A stretch of DNA of 64,000 bases from a virus (taxonomy: Duplodnaviria; Caudoviricetes), in the IMG/VR virus record IMGVR_UViG_3300028381_000200, positions 1 to 64,000 of that record, one strand, 5' to 3'. Positions within the stretch are counted from its first letter, which is position 1; each line of letters starts with the position of its first letter. A model generated the notes under the pieces. That model was not told where the DNA came from, did no database searches, and worked only from the letters and a program-made list of their open reading frames with translations. The translations under genes were made by a program, and so were the position numbers. Positions 9,863-19,496 of this stretch are shown one piece after another.

Positions 9863-10159
9863 ATGCACTACGAGTTTTACGAAACGTATCTCAACTCCCC
9901 AGAATGGCAGTCGAGGGCGACGGCTGCAAAAGACCGGGCCGGTTGGAAATGCTCACTCTGCTCCAGGCGTCGTGGACTCGAAGTCCATCACAATACTTAT
10001 GACCGCCTTGGGCAGGAAGACCCAACCGACCTGGTCGTGTTGTGTTCCCGTTGCCATCGCACGCACCATGGCACGTTGATGTCAAAATACGGGAACACAA
10101 ACGACCAACCATTCCTGCCATTCATTGCGACCGAACCAGACGTAGACGGTAACAACTAA
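9863..10159 (+). CDS. HNH endonuclease
   Basis: YLNSPEW, CSLC, LEVHH, LCSRCH; AAGGAGG RBS; antisense to operon. Confidence 0.8.
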   Translation: MHYEFYETYLNSPEWQSRATAAKDRAGWKCSLCSRRRGLEVHHNTYDRLGQEDPTDLVVLCSRCHRTHHGTLMSKYGNTNDQPFLPFIATEPDVDGNN

Positions 10160-10320
10160 TCGGCAACATCGTTATTATCGTCGTCCCAAGGAACCCGCAT
10201 ATTTCGTCCACGGCCGATTCGCTTACATGGGAGTCGGCCTTCCTTCACATCGCTGTAAATAGTTTTAACAGAACAACCCAGACGTTGTGCGACTTCTTTC
10301 GGAGACAACCAAATCCTCAT
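10156..10320 (-). CDS. excisionase-like HTH DNA-binding protein
   Basis: WLSPKEVAQRLGCSVKTIY...GRLP. Confidence 0.75.
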   Translation of the reverse strand: MRIWLSPKEVAQRLGCSVKTIYSDVKEGRLPCKRIGRGRNMRVPWDDDNNDVAD

Positions 10321-10399
10321 CACAGCTACCACCTTACCTGCACGGTCACCATCATGTGTTAAGCTGATGCCTTCTGTCTGGTAACTTAACCTCCCTTTT

Positions 10400-10609
10400 C
10401 TATGGCGCGTCCGGCACCATTCCATCCCCTAAAATAGCGCCTATCCTAAGAATTTCCCGAGCATCCGGAAGACGAGAGGAAATCATTTTCTGCCGCTCTC
10501 TGTTTGATATCAAGCGCATACAACAGTCACAAAAGAAATGACCACGGCCATCGGTGAGTAATCCATCAACCACAGCGTCTGGCATTAATAGAATACTTTT
10601 TGTCATCAT
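10400..10609 (-). CDS. hypothetical protein
   Basis: ORF with RBS in AT-richer patch. Confidence 0.45.
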   Translation of the reverse strand: MMTKSILLMPDAVVDGLLTDGRGHFFCDCCMRLISNRERQKMISSRLPDAREILRIGAILGDGMVPDAP

Positions 10610-10932
10610 TTCTCCTCGACTGCCTGAACTATTCCGTGCAATGCGACCCAATCGCTGAACCGCACCATCACCAACGCGTTGTCAGTGTCGGCCCCAGGAC
10701 GGCTCAATACCAAGACGCCCGTCTTCCCGACTGCCTCCGCTGTGCCGACAATGCCTGCCAACCACTCGAACAGCCAGGCCGGAATAGCCTCGCGGTATTT
10801 CGTCTGATAGTAGAAGCCTCCGGCCTCCACGTCACGGTCGGCCCGGCCCTTCCCGGTCACCGGCACGCGCTCGCCGCCCAGCTTCTTCGCCACGCGCGTC
10901 TCGAATCGTTTCCACTTGGGGACGCTAGGCAC
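10606..10932 (-). CDS. PD-(D/E)XK nuclease, Holliday junction resolvase-like
   Basis: WKRFETRVAK...D...QTKYR pattern. Confidence 0.6.
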   Translation of the reverse strand: MPSVPKWKRFETRVAKKLGGERVPVTGKGRADRDVEAGGFYYQTKYREAIPAWLFEWLAGIVGTAEAVGKTGVLVLSRPGADTDNALVMVRFSDWVALHGIVQAVEEK

Positions 10933-11233
10933 TTTTCTCCTTATCGTTCCTGACCACCTGCCACGCCATCACTTTCGACCGTGCCCGTGAGACACCAATC
11001 TGTTGGCGCAGCGTGCGCAGCAACCGCACGTCCAGTTCATGTTCCGACGTCGCAATCACCTTGTTACACCGGCCGCAGTCCCACATCGTCACCAGGCGAC
11101 CGCTCACCTGACGACCCGGTCGCATGCGTCGCCCGTCCACCGGGTGCAGCCCGAACCGACACCGGTTCTGCCACAACATCAGACCCAGCAGATACACCAG
11201 CCCCACCAGTGCCGCCATCATGACCAACTCCAT
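10925..11233 (-). CDS. membrane-anchored hypothetical protein
   Basis: N-terminal TM, CxFGLH and CxxC. Confidence 0.6.
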   Translation of the reverse strand: MELVMMAALVGLVYLLGLMLWQNRCRFGLHPVDGRRMRPGRQVSGRLVTMWDCGRCNKVIATSEHELDVRLLRTLRQQIGVSRARSKVMAWQVVRNDKEKSA

Positions 11234-11243
11234 TACTGCCCCC

Positions 11244-11996
11244 TCAGAAGAGTGACGGCTGCGTCAGCGGTCGGTTATCGACCGGCAGCACGTCTTTCAC
11301 GTCAAAGGCGAACGTCGCCTGCGCGAGTCTCGACACGGCCATCTCACAGTAACGTTCGTCCAGCTCAATTCCCACGGCCTTCCGGCCCAGGCGCTTCGCC
11401 GCCACCAACGTCGTGCCCGTGCCCATAAACGGGTCAATCACCATAGACCCGACGACCGTATGCCTGGCGATCAATTCCATCATCAACGCGAGAGGTTTTT
11501 GAGTCGGGTGATCGAAGCGCTCGCCGCCCGCGCAGACTGGATATCGCAAAATGTTCAGGGTGTAGCCGGTGCCATTCCAGACAGCGGGTGCCCCTTCCCG
11601 CTGCAACCACACAATCCATTCGGTCGCCGACACGTAGGCGGGGCGCGGGTGCGGAGCCGGATTCGTCTTCTCCCAGACCAGCGTGCCCCGTGGTCGCCAC
11701 AGCAACTCGTTCCCCCGCCACCCGGCCAACAAGCGGTCGCTCGTGAACGCCAGCAACGTGCCGCCCGGTGCCACCACGGGCGCGGCCTCTTCGAGAAACG
11801 GGGCCACCTTCCAGTCCGTATCCCAGACGCCGAAGTCCCGCTTCATGGGACTCCGGCCTTCCAGTTCGATATCGTCGGTGCGCACATTGTAGGGTGGGTC
11901 GGTGACAATCGCATCGCCCCGCAGTATAGGTAAGGCATCGCGGCTATCCCCGTGGATAATCACGATGCCTGACTCTTCGTAGTAAATATGGGGCAC
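11244..11996 (-). CDS. DNA methyltransferase (N6A/N4C, beta class)
   Basis: TDPPY, HPTQKP, DPFMGTGTT, GIEL. Confidence 0.93.
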   Translation of the reverse strand: MPHIYYEESGIVIIHGDSRDALPILRGDAIVTDPPYNVRTDDIELEGRSPMKRDFGVWDTDWKVAPFLEEAAPVVAPGGTLLAFTSDRLLAGWRGNELLWRPRGTLVWEKTNPAPHPRPAYVSATEWIVWLQREGAPAVWNGTGYTLNILRYPVCAGGERFDHPTQKPLALMMELIARHTVVGSMVIDPFMGTGTTLVAAKRLGRKAVGIELDERYCEMAVSRLAQATFAFDVKDVLPVDNRPLTQPSLF

Positions 11997-12008
11997 GTGA
12001 CCGAGGAA

Positions 12009-12566
12009 TTACGCCTCGCGGGACGTCAGAACTTTATCGCGCTGGAATTTCCCCAGATAAAATCGCAGCGTCGCGTCGTTCATCTTTTTGCCGATTGTCT
12101 TGCGAATGTCTTTCTTCGACGGCGACCCGTGATACTGAATCGCCTCCAGGATACTGCGGCCGACCGTGCCAATCTTCACCGACTTGGGCATCCCATTCTT
12201 CAGCGAATAGGTTTTGTAGCCCTTGGCCTGGGCCGACTTCAACACGTGCTGGCGGGTGCGGGCCACCTTCTTCGCGCGAGCCCGCGATGACCGGCTGCGC
12301 ACCGTGCGGGTTGAGCGTGCACTGCGGGCGGAGCGCTTGGCGGGCTTCTTCCGCTTCTTGGCTGGGGCTGCCACTGCTGGGGCTTCGTCGACTTCGGTTT
12401 CGACCACTTCGGGGGCGTCAATCGGCTCCTCGGCTTCTTCCGCCGCTGGAGCGTCCGTTTCCCCCTCTGGCGGCGCGTCGTCGGAGAAGGTCTGGGAATC
12501 CATCGTCTGAATGTCACTCTCACTACTGATGTTGTCGGTCGTCACGTCCATGTCTTGCGTATCCAT
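12009..12566 (-). CDS. histone-like protein (acidic N-terminus, K/R-rich middle, winged-helix-like C-terminus)
   Basis: Strong charge partitioning; AKKRKKPAKRS. Confidence 0.65.
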   Translation of the reverse strand: MDTQDMDVTTDNISSESDIQTMDSQTFSDDAPPEGETDAPAAEEAEEPIDAPEVVETEVDEAPAVAAPAKKRKKPAKRSARSARSTRTVRSRSSRARAKKVARTRQHVLKSAQAKGYKTYSLKNGMPKSVKIGTVGRSILEAIQYHGSPSKKDIRKTIGKKMNDATLRFYLGKFQRDKVLTSREA

Positions 12567-12654
12567 GTTAGGTCTGTCTCCTTGAACGGCGGATCAGGTC
12601 TTTCTGCCCGCGCCCCCCAATAATAACGCGATGGCCCAGCAATTTCTACCTGAA

Positions 12655-13257
12655 TCACAGTTCAGGTGCCTTCGCTTTCTTCGTGTGCTCGAAGCGTCGA
12701 ACCTTCCGCCCGACCCGCTCATGTTCGGTCGCCACGATGTCCCGGTCCGCTGGTTGGTCGAAGGCAATCAACAGGAGATATTCCACGTGGGCCACCCCGC
12801 TCACCGCCCGCACCTCTTGCTTCAGCCGTCCGCTGCTCCACCGCACGCCGTCGTCCCCCTCCGCCGCCCGCGCCAACCAGGTGCGCTGTTCCTCCGGTGG
12901 TAGGGCTGCCACAATCTGGTGATGGTCGAAGGGCAGATCGGCACGACGATTCTCTTTGGGCACCTTTTCGGCCGTCCAGGCATACACCCTAACCGTTTCC
13001 GGTCGCCAGTTCTCGTGGTCAATCACTTGCGACGCCATCTGGTCATAGCGGGCCTCGCCAATATTGACCCAGTCCCCCACAATCCAGGCGACACCGCGTT
13101 CCAGGGTCTCCAGCGTTTGCCCTAACGCCTGCCACTCCGCGAATGTCGGGTCCCCCTTGACCGTGAGCCCCGTCGCGCTCAGCGTGAAGTGGTCTAGCTC
13201 CAACGTCCGGACGCCAATCACCGCCAATTCTTCGTCGGTCATGTCACTTCCACCCAT
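12655..13257 (-). CDS. LmbU-like DNA-binding protein
   Basis: TFAEWQALG...WIVGDWVNIGEARY, FDHHQIVA. Confidence 0.6.
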   Translation of the reverse strand: MGGSDMTDEELAVIGVRTLELDHFTLSATGLTVKGDPTFAEWQALGQTLETLERGVAWIVGDWVNIGEARYDQMASQVIDHENWRPETVRVYAWTAEKVPKENRRADLPFDHHQIVAALPPEEQRTWLARAAEGDDGVRWSSGRLKQEVRAVSGVAHVEYLLLIAFDQPADRDIVATEHERVGRKVRRFEHTKKAKAPEL

Positions 13258-13622
13258 CCCTCTATCCCGAACGGGTCGCCACGCCGTTCCCAGAAATGCA
13301 GCGGGCCGTCGGCTCCGGCCGTCGTCCCATCAATCCGCTTCCGCTTCCCACCGACCCGCACGTGCAGGTCCGCGTGACACCAGGCACAGAGCATGACCAT
13401 CATGGCGGGGTTGGTCGCGTCCACTTTCGACCGCCCACCCAACAACTCATGCGCGTGTCCGGTGTCAACCGTAATCGCTCGCCGACACGTCGGCCACCGA
13501 CAGCGGCCACCCTCACGTAAAAACGCCGCTTCGCGCGCCGCCTGCCGGTGCGTGCGATACCGGGTCCGCCGGGCCTGCCTACGCGACGGGGGCCTCTTCG
13601 GTTTCTTTGGAAACGACACCAT
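13239..13622 (-). CDS. HNH-like nuclease
   Basis: CRWPTC, HAHE, LCAWCH. Confidence 0.6.
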   Translation of the reverse strand: MVSFPKKPKRPPSRRQARRTRYRTHRQAAREAAFLREGGRCRWPTCRRAITVDTGHAHELLGGRSKVDATNPAMMVMLCAWCHADLHVRVGGKRKRIDGTTAGADGPLHFWERRGDPFGIEGWVEVT

Positions 13623-13971
13623 GTAGTTTTTCGTTTTCCTCCACGAACACTGCGGCCAACTCCATGGCCACGGCGACGTTCTCAGCGGTCTGGTCCCGCG
13701 CATTGTTCCACTGGGGGATATCTGGCTGGTTGATGACATGCTTCAAGGCCCACTCAGCGCACTCAAATTGAGCCCTGAGCCTGGGGCTGCCGCAGATAAG
13801 GTCGATATCGTCGAAGTTGGTCAACCGGTGCCCAACGATGGCGCTAATCAGCGCCCCATTGGCACAGACGCGGCTGGGTTCGCCGCTGAGAATGTCCCTC
13901 GTATACAACTCGCCCTGAACCCATCCGCCCCGCACGTAGCCTGCTGCGTCGCGTAGAATCTGTGCTGTCAT
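13579..13971 (-). CDS. DUF6197-like phage protein
   Basis: GWVQGE, CANGAL, IPQWNN...TAENV. Confidence 0.6.
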   Translation of the reverse strand: MTAQILRDAAGYVRGGWVQGELYTRDILSGEPSRVCANGALISAIVGHRLTNFDDIDLICGSPRLRAQFECAEWALKHVINQPDIPQWNNARDQTAENVAVAMELAAVFVEENEKLHGVVSKETEEAPVA

Positions 13972-13981
13972 GTCAGGTCTC

Positions 13982-15301
13982 CTATGCTGCTTCTGTCAGG
14001 TTACTAAACCGCGTGCAGTAGTCCAAGAATCGCAGCTTCACGATACCAATCGGGCCGTTGCGTTGCTTGGCGATAATCACTTCCGCCTGGTTGTCGGCAT
14101 CCTCCGGCCGATACAACATGAGCACCGTGTCCGAATCGTTCTCGATATCACCCGACTCGCGTAGGTCGGACAGCTGGGGCCGCTTGTCCCGTCGGCCCTC
14201 CTGGGCGCGCTTCAGTTGGGATAGCGCAATCACCGGCACCCCCATCTCCTTTGCCACGCCTTTCAGCCCGCGACTGATCGAGCCAATCTCTTGAGTGCGA
14301 TTCTCGAAGCTGCCGGACCCGCGCATAAGCTGAAGGTAGTCGACCACGATGAGCGCCAGCATCCCGAACTGCGCACGTAGGCTCCGCGCGCGGGCGCGGA
14401 CTTCTCGACACGACACGTGAGCCATGTCGTCGATGAACAACCGGAGCCCACCCAGGACCCCCACCGCCTGGCTGACCCGTGTCCATTCCACCTCGCTCAA
14501 CCGCCCCGCCCGCAGCCGCCGTAGGTCGACCTCGGCCTCCGACGCGAGCAACCGGAGAAACAGCTGCTCCTTCGACATTTCGCAGCTGTGCACCAGCACC
14601 ACGCCGTCCTTCGCCGCCACGTTGCGCGCCACCGTCAAGGCAAACGCCGTCTTACCGACCGACGTCCGGGCTGCAACCACGAACAGGTCCGCCGGGTGCA
14701 TGCCCGACGTCAGTTCGTCCAGCTCGGTGAAGCCGGTGGCCAGGCCCGTGACCAGGCTGCCGGTCTTGTGGGCACGCTCAATCGAGTCGAGCCCGCCGGG
14801 CACCAGCTCACTCAACGGCACCGCACGTCCGGCCGCTGCCGCCCCACTCAACGCCAGGAGCCGCTCGGCTGCGTCCCCCAGCAGCGCTGAGGCTGGCTGC
14901 TCGCTGTCGTAGGCCACGCGGGTCAGCCGGGTCGCTTCGTAGATCGCCTGGCGGCGGCGGCTCTGCTCCAGGATGATGACCGCATGGTGAGCCACCGGAG
15001 TGCGCATGGGCACCCCGTCGACCAGTGCCGCGATATAGGCCGGTCCCCCCACTTCGTCCAGGTCGCCGGTCCGCGCCAGCTCGGCGCGCAGCGTCACCAG
15101 GTCAATGGCGAGCCCCGCTTCGTGCAGCCGCAGCATGGCGGCATACAACTTCTCGTGCGCCGCCCGAAAGAAATCGGTGGCCGTCAACGACTCCAGGGCG
15201 TCCAGCACCGAATTGTGCAGCAGCACGGCCCCCAGGACGACGCGCTCCGCTGTCAAGTCGTGGGGCAGCAGGCGCTCAATCGTCGCCTTCGTCGCCGTCA
15301 C
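13982..15301 (-). CDS. dnaB: replicative DNA helicase
   Basis: AERVVLG, AARTSVGKT, VDYLQLM, LSQL, SDLRESGDIE, KQRNGP. Confidence 0.97.
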   Translation of the reverse strand: MTATKATIERLLPHDLTAERVVLGAVLLHNSVLDALESLTATDFFRAAHEKLYAAMLRLHEAGLAIDLVTLRAELARTGDLDEVGGPAYIAALVDGVPMRTPVAHHAVIILEQSRRRQAIYEATRLTRVAYDSEQPASALLGDAAERLLALSGAAAAGRAVPLSELVPGGLDSIERAHKTGSLVTGLATGFTELDELTSGMHPADLFVVAARTSVGKTAFALTVARNVAAKDGVVLVHSCEMSKEQLFLRLLASEAEVDLRRLRAGRLSEVEWTRVSQAVGVLGGLRLFIDDMAHVSCREVRARARSLRAQFGMLALIVVDYLQLMRGSGSFENRTQEIGSISRGLKGVAKEMGVPVIALSQLKRAQEGRRDKRPQLSDLRESGDIENDSDTVLMLYRPEDADNQAEVIIAKQRNGPIGIVKLRFLDYCTRFSNLTEAA

Positions 15302-15714
15302 CCTTGCCCTCGGAGTTTGCGCAGGTATTCCGCCGTCGTCTCAGCGGTCGGCACCGGCCGCACCGCATCCTTCCGCTTGACTATCGCGGTGAGGCGAGAC
15401 CAGGAATGATAGAAGGTGGGGATGGCGTAGCCGGACTCTTCCGCGAAGCGATCTTCCCAGGCGTGATACACCGTCAGGCGCTCGCGCACCGTCTCTTCGC
15501 CAAACTTCAGCACCAACGTCTTCAGCATTTGGCCGTCACGCTTCGTGATGACCGGCGGCTCGCTGAACCGGTCTCGGTAGCGCGAGATGTGCAGCCCAAT
15601 CAAGCGTTGGACTGCACCGTTAGTGGTGGGCTTTCTGGCAGGAGACGGCTTAGCCGTGACCCCAAACAGGTTGGGCGTAGCAGGTTGTTTTTTTCGCATC
15701 GTAACCGGGCTCAA
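15298..15714 (-). CDS. replication-associated hypothetical protein
   Basis: Directly upstream of dnaB with 4-nt overlap. Confidence 0.6.
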   Translation of the reverse strand: MSPVTMRKKQPATPNLFGVTAKPSPARKPTTNGAVQRLIGLHISRYRDRFSEPPVITKRDGQMLKTLVLKFGEETVRERLTVYHAWEDRFAEESGYAIPTFYHSWSRLTAIVKRKDAVRPVPTAETTAEYLRKLRGQG

Positions 15715-15757
15715 GTCGAGTCGGGACTGCGAACCTGTTTGGGTGTGAAGTGAGGCT

Positions 15758-15786
15758 ACTCTAACGGAGTATTATTAAAAACGCAA
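15758..15786 (-). promoter_or_regulatory. sigma70-like promoter with operator variant
   Basis: TTGCGT-17-TAGAGT, spacer TTTTAATAATA. Confidence 0.55.
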
Positions 15787-15789
15787 GGT

Positions 15790-16608
15790 CTATTTCACAT
15801 CGTCGCGCTCTTCCGCCAGCACACCGGGTAGGGCAAATGCCGTCCCTTGTTGTTTCGCTTCCGTTTTTAACCACGACAACACCGACGTCAACGCGCCCAT
15901 CGCCGACCGCCGGGGTGGCTTGAAGGCTTCGAGCACCTCCTTCAACAACTCAGTGCCTGGGTGGGCGACTGGCAACATATCAATCATCTCGCGGGCCGCT
16001 ACCGCCAGCACCAACGCCCGCAAGTCGGTCACCTCGACGTGCAGCCGCTTCGGGAACGAGACCCCCACCACCTTTGGCACCGCGCTGGCCACATACACAG
16101 GGGCCACCTCCACCGGGAAGTCGAGCATCTCTTCCGCCGCTGCCATCAGGGACGCGTCTCCAGCCAACGCCGCTTCCGCCGCCAACACCGACGCCGTGTC
16201 GAGCCGCTCGTCTTCCGCTCGGCGTTTGGCTTCCGCTTCCGCCAACAACTGTTCGGCCGCTTGCCGCCGGGCCTCCGCCGCCCGAAACGCCAGCAGCTTG
16301 TTTTCGATAATCGCTTCGGCCTGGGCAATCACCTGAATCGCCTTCGACTCTTCGGCGGTCAGCTTCTTCCAGGACGCATACGCCAGTGCCGTCGGGCCAG
16401 GATTGTCTTTGGTGCCGTGGAACCATCCCACAATGCGCTGACGCATGGTGCGACATTCCACCTTGAGGGACGCCGCGTAGGTAAACTCAGCGGGGGTGTT
16501 GACGCTCATCGCCACCGCTCGGGCCAATGGCGTCTTCGCTTCCTGCTGGTATTTGCTGATCGTCGTCTGGTCGTTCGGGGTCGAGTCTGGTAAGAACACC
16601 ATGCTCAT
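15790..16608 (-). CDS. coiled-coil phage protein
   Basis: Alanine-rich helical protein ending in ALPGV; recombination-block position. Confidence 0.7.
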   Translation of the reverse strand: MSMVFLPDSTPNDQTTISKYQQEAKTPLARAVAMSVNTPAEFTYAASLKVECRTMRQRIVGWFHGTKDNPGPTALAYASWKKLTAEESKAIQVIAQAEAIIENKLLAFRAAEARRQAAEQLLAEAEAKRRAEDERLDTASVLAAEAALAGDASLMAAAEEMLDFPVEVAPVYVASAVPKVVGVSFPKRLHVEVTDLRALVLAVAAREMIDMLPVAHPGTELLKEVLEAFKPPRRSAMGALTSVLSWLKTEAKQQGTAFALPGVLAEERDDVK

Positions 16609-17149
16609 ACCGCCATTGCGTCAGCGCTACCGCGCTCCGCCACAGAAAAGGGTCGCGGGGGTCGACCCGTGTTTCCCAGTGATATCGGCCGTTGCCAGGC
16701 AGGTAGAGATTAGCACGTCGCCAGGATTTTGCACCGCACCGCCGGGCGACATCCCGCAACTCTTCGTCCGCGTCGGCCAGGTCGCAGTAGCCGACGGTTT
16801 GAATGGCGTGCCAGGGTTGTTCGTCGCTGCGCTTCAAGTCGACGATGACCGGCTCGCCGTCGACCAGCACGCCCAGGTCAATGCGGCCAGTGACCCGCTG
16901 ACGCCGGTTGACGACGCGCCGTTCGGTGAACAGCACCGTGGGCGTAAACTCATCAAACCACCCGCGAATCCCGTCCACGTATTCGTCGAGCCCAGGCACG
17001 GCATCCGGCCCTTGCTCACCATACGCGTAGGCTTCGAGCACCGCGTGCAACGCCGTGCCGCGTCGGTAGCCTGCCGCGAGCCGGTCGGCCGGACCCTGGA
17101 AGGGCTTCCGCAGTCCGGCTTCACCGAGAATCGTGCTGACCCGCCACAC
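16487..17149 (-). CDS. PD-(D/E)XK exonuclease
   Basis: RGTALH, GRIDL, VDLK, QTVGY. Confidence 0.8.
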   Translation of the reverse strand: MWRVSTILGEAGLRKPFQGPADRLAAGYRRGTALHAVLEAYAYGEQGPDAVPGLDEYVDGIRGWFDEFTPTVLFTERRVVNRRQRVTGRIDLGVLVDGEPVIVDLKRSDEQPWHAIQTVGYCDLADADEELRDVARRCGAKSWRRANLYLPGNGRYHWETRVDPRDPFLWRSAVALTQWRYEHGVLTRLDPERPDDDQQIPAGSEDAIGPSGGDERQHPR

Positions 17150-17355
17150 TACTCGTCGTGGCCTTCCGTGACCACGTGAGTCACCGTGCCGCTGTGGTCG
17201 TAAGGGCCGTCAGCGACGTGCTCGCAGACCGCCTTGCTGCCGTTCTTGTCGGCGAGACTCTTGGTCCAACCCCGCGCGTCGCTCTCGTTATTGTTGTTGA
17301 CGTGGACCGTCTGCTTGCCTGACCACTTGTCCCGATACGTGATGCGCCAACTCAT
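17149..17355 (-). CDS. hypothetical protein
   Basis: GGAGG RBS, operon packing. Confidence 0.6.
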   Translation of the reverse strand: MSWRITYRDKWSGKQTVHVNNNNESDARGWTKSLADKNGSKAVCEHVADGPYDHSGTVTHVVTEGHDE

Positions 17356-17618
17356 TTGGTCGCCTCCGTCCAATAGAAGTCACGACTCTGACAGCCACAG
17401 TCCGCACACCGGTCGTCTTCATAGCCCAACGTGTGCCGGTCGGCCAAATGCCCGCAGCGGCACATCAGCACACGTGGTGGTGCCTTCGGGCAAGGATAGG
17501 CCAACTGGCCCCAGCCCCCCGGCACCTCGTCGGTCGCCCCACAATAGACACAGATTTCGTCAAAGCTGGAGGCGTCAGAAATGCGAGTCTTGTGACTCGG
17601 GTGTGGTCCGGTAACCAT
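17352..17618 (-). CDS. Cys-rich hypothetical protein
   Basis: CVYC, CRCGH, CADC. Confidence 0.6.
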   Translation of the reverse strand: MVTGPHPSHKTRISDASSFDEICVYCGATDEVPGGWGQLAYPCPKAPPRVLMCRCGHLADRHTLGYEDDRCADCGCQSRDFYWTEATK

Positions 17619-17727
17619 TACCACTCCTGGAGCCACGCCCACAGACTCATCGGGATAAGCCAGGGCACCGTCACCAGCACCCCGGCTATCGCCGCCGCCA
17701 GCCAGACTTGCGCTGACCGTCGGTCCG

Positions 17728-18690
17728 TCATGTCACCACTCCTGAATCCAGTCCCATAAGCCCAGCATCCAGTCCATGTGCTACCTCCGGATAGTCGCGC
17801 ACCCGCAAGTCCGCCGCCCATTCCGAGACGTCGCCACCCTTTCGGTCCTTGAGGATGACATGGATAGGCACGCCCGGCAACGTCGGCAGGGTCACCCGTG
17901 GGTCCGCCCCCATTTGCTTCATGAACACCGGCACGCCCGCAACCTTGCACTGGGCTATCACCGTCCGCGCCCAGGCCAAGTCGAACGGCCGCGCACCCGG
18001 CCCGCTCTCACCACCGATGACCACCCAGTCGATACCCGGCCGGTCGTGCTCGTCGGCCCACTCGTCGCAGGTCAGGCATTCTCCGTTGTGGTCCGGCCGA
18101 AACGTCCGACAGACGGGCAGTGTCACTGGCCCCAATGCCGGTTCGTAGCTCACCCACCGCACCGCCGCTGGCGTGTCCAACAGAAACGGAATGCGGTCGT
18201 CGACCGTTGCCTGGTCTTCCGTGCTCACGCCCAGCCACACGTTGGGATACGGCTGATACGTGGACCCCGCCGGACCGGTCGCGTCGTAATAGGCCCGCAC
18301 GATATCCCGCATGCGCTCCGGCCGCTTGGTCAGCACTTGGAAGGTGTGCTGTTTGGCCGCACCCATGACGTTGAAGATGCGCCCGATATCGACCGCCGAC
18401 AGCTTCTCGTGGAACAGGTCGCTCATGCTGTTGACGAAGATGCGCCTCGGCCGCTTCCACCGCAGCGGGTCATTCAGGTGCTCTTCAATCAGCCGCACCT
18501 CGCCCGTCCACCTCGGGCCGTCCGGCGTGTTGACGGCCAGCCCTTCGTAGGGCAAGCCCGGTCCGCTGAATCGCGCCGCCACGGCCTCAGCGTAACAATT
18601 TCTACACCCCTCGCTGACTCGTGAGCATCCTCTGACAGGATTCCACGTTTCCTCGGTCCAGGAAATTCCGCCACCGCGCTGGTCAGCCAC
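17728..18690 (-). CDS. DUF5131 (Gp37/Gp68) family protein
   Basis: WNPVRGC...GCRNCYAE, FVNSMSDLFH, LTKRPER, GGESG. Confidence 0.92.
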   Translation of the reverse strand: MADQRGGGISWTEETWNPVRGCSRVSEGCRNCYAEAVAARFSGPGLPYEGLAVNTPDGPRWTGEVRLIEEHLNDPLRWKRPRRIFVNSMSDLFHEKLSAVDIGRIFNVMGAAKQHTFQVLTKRPERMRDIVRAYYDATGPAGSTYQPYPNVWLGVSTEDQATVDDRIPFLLDTPAAVRWVSYEPALGPVTLPVCRTFRPDHNGECLTCDEWADEHDRPGIDWVVIGGESGPGARPFDLAWARTVIAQCKVAGVPVFMKQMGADPRVTLPTLPGVPIHVILKDRKGGDVSEWAADLRVRDYPEVAHGLDAGLMGLDSGVVT

Positions 18691-19072
18691 GGGCCTGCTC
18701 CCGATTATGATGACACCGTGAACACACAGGTTCAACATACAGCTGGTGCTCTATGCTGTAGCCTTTCGCGTGGTCGTATTCGTGTCGGTATGGTTCCGTG
18801 AAGATTTCGTCAGCACAGTCCAGACACGGTAAGTCATCAGGATGCGGCAGCTTGCCAGCTTCAATCAGGTAGTTGATTCGAGCCCGCGCTTGTCGCTTGT
18901 CACCGTCCCGCGCCGCCTTCAGCCAACCAGGCTTTCTGCCCGTCTGAACCTTCCGGATTGTCACGCGACGGGACGCCAAGCAGCACGCTGCCAGGCCGTC
19001 CCACCGCGTCCGGTCGAGCCCGAAGGCGTCAACCGTGTGCGTCATTTTACAAGCCGTGCACCACTTCTCCAC
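18683..19072 (-). CDS. HNH-like Cys-rich protein
   Basis: CTAC, CLDC, HEYDH, VCSRCH. Confidence 0.7.
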   Translation of the reverse strand: MEKWCTACKMTHTVDAFGLDRTRWDGLAACCLASRRVTIRKVQTGRKPGWLKAARDGDKRQARARINYLIEAGKLPHPDDLPCLDCADEIFTEPYRHEYDHAKGYSIEHQLYVEPVCSRCHHNREQARG

Positions 19073-19082
19073 AACCCAGGCA

Positions 19083-19110
19083 GTATATCACAACTAATAA
19101 TTAGAGCAAA
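19083..19110 (-). promoter_or_regulatory. promoter with ACTAATAATT operator
   Basis: TTGCTC...TATACT; motif at 19093-19102. Confidence 0.6.
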
Positions 19111-19496
19111 TCCGCTGCCTCTTCCTGGAGCACATGATGCACATGCGTCTTCGAGACCCCGACGCGCTCCGCAATCTCGCGCATCGTGAGCCCCGCCGAC
19201 CGCAGATACCGCACCCGCTTCCGCACGTCCGGCACCATGACGCGGCACCGGCCGTGCCAGTCGTCCATCTCGGCGAGGCGCTCCGGCCGTCCTTCACGCG
19301 CCAGGGCCTCGTTGACGCATCGGCGCAGGTAGTTCGCGCTCGTCAGGTGAGCGCGCTTCGCGGCCTGCTGCACGGCCTCCAACTCGACCCGCGTCACGCG
19401 CACCGCGATATTGTGGCGACTCAGTGGCTTCCTCCCAACTTGCCGCCCTTCGCGTAGGTCATGTTGGACGCCGTCGTCTGATTGAACCAGGACCAC
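19101..19496 (-). CDS. RHH plus HTH DNA-binding protein (start uncertain)
   Basis: IAVRVTRVE...; GLTMREIAERVGVSKTHV. Confidence 0.65.
   Translation of the reverse strand: MVLVQSDDGVQHDLREGRQVGRKPLSRHNIAVRVTRVELEAVQQAAKRAHLTSANYLRRCVNEALAREGRPERLAEMDDWHGRCRVMVPDVRKRVRYLRSAGLTMREIAERVGVSKTHVHHVLQEEAADLL

Noticed and set aside
10156-10425. Integration module or att site
   Set aside because: Only an Xis-like HTH; no integrase or att repeat visible
16487-17149. Cas4 acquisition nuclease for the arrays
   Set aside because: No Fe-S cysteine cluster; ordinary phage recombination exonuclease far from the locus
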